A stretch of 63,967 bases of DNA, filler included, from Chiloscyllium plagiosum (taxonomy: Eukaryota), in assembly GCF_004010195.1 (NCBI RefSeq). It is 6 parts of one record of this genome, joined end to end, with 100 filler letters (N's around TTAATTAATTAA, not from the genome) between each part and the next. Parts side by side here need not be neighbours in the genome. Positions count along the whole stretch, not along the records: positions 58,257 to 63,967 come from NC_057717.1; 5 more parts are not named here. One strand, 5' to 3'. Numbering within the stretch: the stretch's first letter is position 1; every line of letters begins with the position of its first letter. The position numbers and the translations under genes are program-made. Of the stretch, positions 63,085-63,967 are shown in pieces. Under the pieces are notes generated by a model that worked only from the letters and a program-made list of their open reading frames with translations, made no database searches and was not told the DNA's origin.

Positions 63085-63215
63085 AGGTGAAAGTGAGAAC
63101 TGCAGATGCTGGAGATCAGAGTCAGGACGTGACTGGTGCTGGAAAAGCACAGCAGATCAGGCAGCATCCGAGGAGCAGGAAAACCTAGGTGTCGGGCAGG
63201 AGCCTTTCATCAGTA
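63085..63215 (-). mobile_element. Penelope pseudo-LTR-derived short repeat with an eroded hammerhead core
   Basis: actgcagatgctggagatcagag...gcacagcagatcaggcagcatccgaggagcagg; minus strand CTGATGA-aaGGC-tcct-GCC-cGACA. Confidence 0.7.
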
Positions 63216-63967
63216 AACTTTCACACAGCCAATTTATGATCAATATTGCGAATTTTCCGTATATTCGTTCATCCCCAGGTTTCACTCAGAGCAGTCTCAC
63301 AGAACTTTTGCCAACTTTTTTTGTCAATCTATGTTAACCCGATCGTTTTGGATTATCATCATCAAAACTTCTTACCTCATCAAAAAAATTCGGGAGACAA
63401 TTCACCACATTTTCTTAGAACAATACTATCTGAGCTTTCCTGAATGAAACCCATATTTCTTCAGGTGACACTTCATTTTGTCTGGTATGAGAGTTTCTAA
63501 CATGTTTCATACATCTTTAATCGGCTGTCCTGTCAGCACCGAATTAATTGACCAATAGTTTCAATGGCAAACTAAGAAGGTGCATCCCTTTGAAAGACGA
63601 ATAAATGTGTCTGAATGAGTTGTGAATGAGACATTAGTTCTTGTGTATACAAAATTAAGATAATCAGCTTGTGATGGCGTTCACCTCTACCACACTTTCA
63701 GAAGCTGCCACACAGGCTGAGTATTTCCAGTGTTTTCTGCTTTTATACATACATATCAGATTGCTAGTATTTTGCTTCTGCACTTGTTCTTGGAACTAAA
63801 TTGATGAAAAGTTATGGGTAGAAAGCAGGAGCAGTCGCCTCCTTCAGTTATACAACCAGCTCTGCCTCTTCTTTTGTAGTCTTGTGAAAAGACTGACTGG
63901 CTTTAATATTGGTGTTTAACAATAATCTAAGGGTTTACATGATACTGTTTCTGCCCAAGTATTGAAT

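Overview
Vertebrate, repeat-rich draft-assembly DNA. The GPR139-like receptor exon and the HE1/V-SINE, CR1 and Penelope repeats suggest a cartilaginous fish (inference). From left to right: (1) the 3' end of a GPR139/142-like GPCR at 1-204; (2) about 9.5 kb of a degenerate ~32-bp CA/GT-rich minisatellite; (3) two tandem copies of a decayed epsilon-like (class I) endogenous retrovirus on the minus strand. Copy 2 (18657-27157) is complete: LTR, tRNA-Pro PBS, gag, in-frame TGA, pol, env-like gene, PPT, LTR, with a candidate CGTG target-site duplication. Its pol has a 2H-phosphoesterase-like domain between protease and RT, and its env seems to lack the fusion ectodomain. (4) A field of CR1 LINE, SINE and Penelope fragments, the last with minimal hammerhead-ribozyme motifs. 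(5) A multi-kb segment present three times, once inverted. At least 11 decayed tRNA genes of 7 isotypes are scattered across the window, so the region looks like a fossil tRNA gene cluster; the provirus sits between tRNA-Thr and tRNA-Leu remnants. Many N gaps, five of them with an artificial TTAATTAATTAA linker, limit long-range conclusions. All identities were judged by eye; no searches were run.
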